DNA of 64,000 nucleotides from an uncultured Vampirovibrionales bacterium (GTDB lineage Bacteria; Cyanobacteriota; Vampirovibrionia; Vampirovibrionales; Vampirovibrionaceae): NCBI GenBank assembly GCA_964390635.1, contig CAYMIG010000004.1, positions 69,439 to 133,438 of the forward strand, read 5' to 3'. Shown piece by piece: positions 63,261 to 64,000 of this stretch (position 1 is its first letter; each line of letters starts with the position of its first letter). The notes under the pieces were generated by a model. It saw only the letters and a program-made list of their open reading frames with translations, ran no database searches and was not told where the DNA came from. The position numbers and the translations under genes were made by a program.

Positions 63261-64000
63261 ATGCTCGATATCAAGCTCATCCGTGACAATGCCGAGGCGG
63301 TGAACGCGGCCCTGAAACGCCGAAACGGTGCCCTCTCCGTGGATGCGGTGCTGCATCTGGACCAGCGCCGCCGGGAGTTGCTACAGGAGGAAGAGGCACT
63401 GCGCAGCCGACGCAACCAGATTTCCCAGGACATTGCCCGCCTGAAAAAAGCCGGCAAGGACACCGAGGCCATCCAGCAGGAGACCCGGGGCCTGGCCGAG
63501 CGCATCAAGACCATCGAGCAGCAAAAAGAAGAACTGGCCGCCGAGCAGGAGCGCCTGTTGCTGGATATTCCCAACATGCCCCTGGCGGATGTGCCCCAGG
63601 GGGCCGATGAGACGGCCAACGTGGAAGTGCGCCGCTGGGGCGACGAGTTCAAAAGCCGCCCGCCGGAGCCGGTGCTGGCCCACTACGACATCGGCACCGA
63701 GCTGAACATCCTGGATTTCGACCGGGGGGTCAAGCTGGCCCAGTCCCGGTTCTCCATCATGCGCGGCGAGGGATCCCGGCTGGAGCGGGCCCTCATCAAC
63801 TTCATGCTGGATATCCACACCGGGCACGGCTATACCGAGGTGCTGCCCCCCTTCCTGGTGAACGCCCAGGCCATGACCGGCACCGGGCAGTTGCCCAAGT
63901 TCGAGGCGGACATGTTCCGCTGCCGGGACGATGAACTCTACCTCATCCCCACCGCCGAGGTGCCGGTGACCAACATGTACGCGGGCGAAATCCTGGCTGA
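63261..64000 (+). CDS. serS: seryl-tRNA synthetase, 5' portion (runs off the right edge)
   Basis: Open-ended, so absent from the ORF track. MLDIKLIRDNAEAVNAALKRRNG...coiled-coil arm...FDRGVKLAQSRFSIMRGEGSRLERALINFMLD...GYTEVLPPFLVN...GTGQLPKFEADMF...LIPTAEVPVTN. Confidence 0.95.
   Translation, partial: MLDIKLIRDNAEAVNAALKRRNGALSVDAVLHLDQRRRELLQEEEALRSRRNQISQDIARLKKAGKDTEAIQQETRGLAERIKTIEQQKEELAAEQERLLLDIPNMPLADVPQGADETANVEVRRWGDEFKSRPPEPVLAHYDIGTELNILDFDRGVKLAQSRFSIMRGEGSRLERALINFMLDIHTGHGYTEVLPPFLVNAQAMTGTGQLPKFEADMFRCRDDELYLIPTAEVPVTNMYAGEILA

Noticed and set aside
1-64000. CRISPR arrays, IS elements, integrases, prophage or genomic-island boundaries (including at tRNA-Pro, 42226-42302).
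   Set aside because: I saw no spaced direct-repeat arrays and no transposase, integrase or recombinase-like translations. No tRNA 3'-end duplication was noticed flanking tRNA-Pro. This was only an eye scan, so short degenerate repeats could have been missed.
1-64000. HIP1 (GCGATCGC) over-representation as a cyanobacterial signature.
   Set aside because: Only about three copies were noticed (near 7832, 36584 and 47423), roughly the chance expectation for this base composition.

Overview
This is a GC-rich bacterial chromosomal segment. Most third codon positions are G/C, so nearly every real gene has a long antisense shadow ORF. All calls come from reading the supplied translations and DNA by eye; no searches were run. 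The ClpC N-terminus is almost identical to cyanobacterial/plastid-type ClpC, which suggests a cyanobacteria-related lineage, though no photosynthesis genes fall in this window. Confident housekeeping genes are clpC, an RsuA/RluB-type pseudouridine synthase, glgX, a GH57 branching enzyme, bcp, ldhA, queD, rsfS, yqeK, ymdB, recA, slt, glnA, serS (3' partial) and tRNA-Pro(CGG). Other identifiable modules are a MacB/FtsX ABC exporter with an AttH-like protein, a CBS/PAS-kinase/NarL operon, a USP/D-LDH/globin cluster, and a BcsA-like synthase with three PilZ-like segments followed by a TPR/beta-barrel protein. Two regions stand out. (1) 26.0-35.5 kb holds a tightly coupled five-gene operon: PrkA, SpoVR, YeaH(DUF444), a second PrkA, and a Clp/S49-fold protease. 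All five products carry N-terminal low-complexity extensions with a recurring x-F-[G/A] motif, and GlgX carries the same kind of extension. (2) 36.2-38.2 kb holds two adjacent genes whose Met/Gly-rich, harpin-like N-terminal modules are fused to an HExxH peptidase-like domain and a GH19 lysozyme/chitinase-like domain. Two candidate structured RNAs with intrinsic terminators are also flagged. No CRISPR arrays, transposases or integrases were seen.
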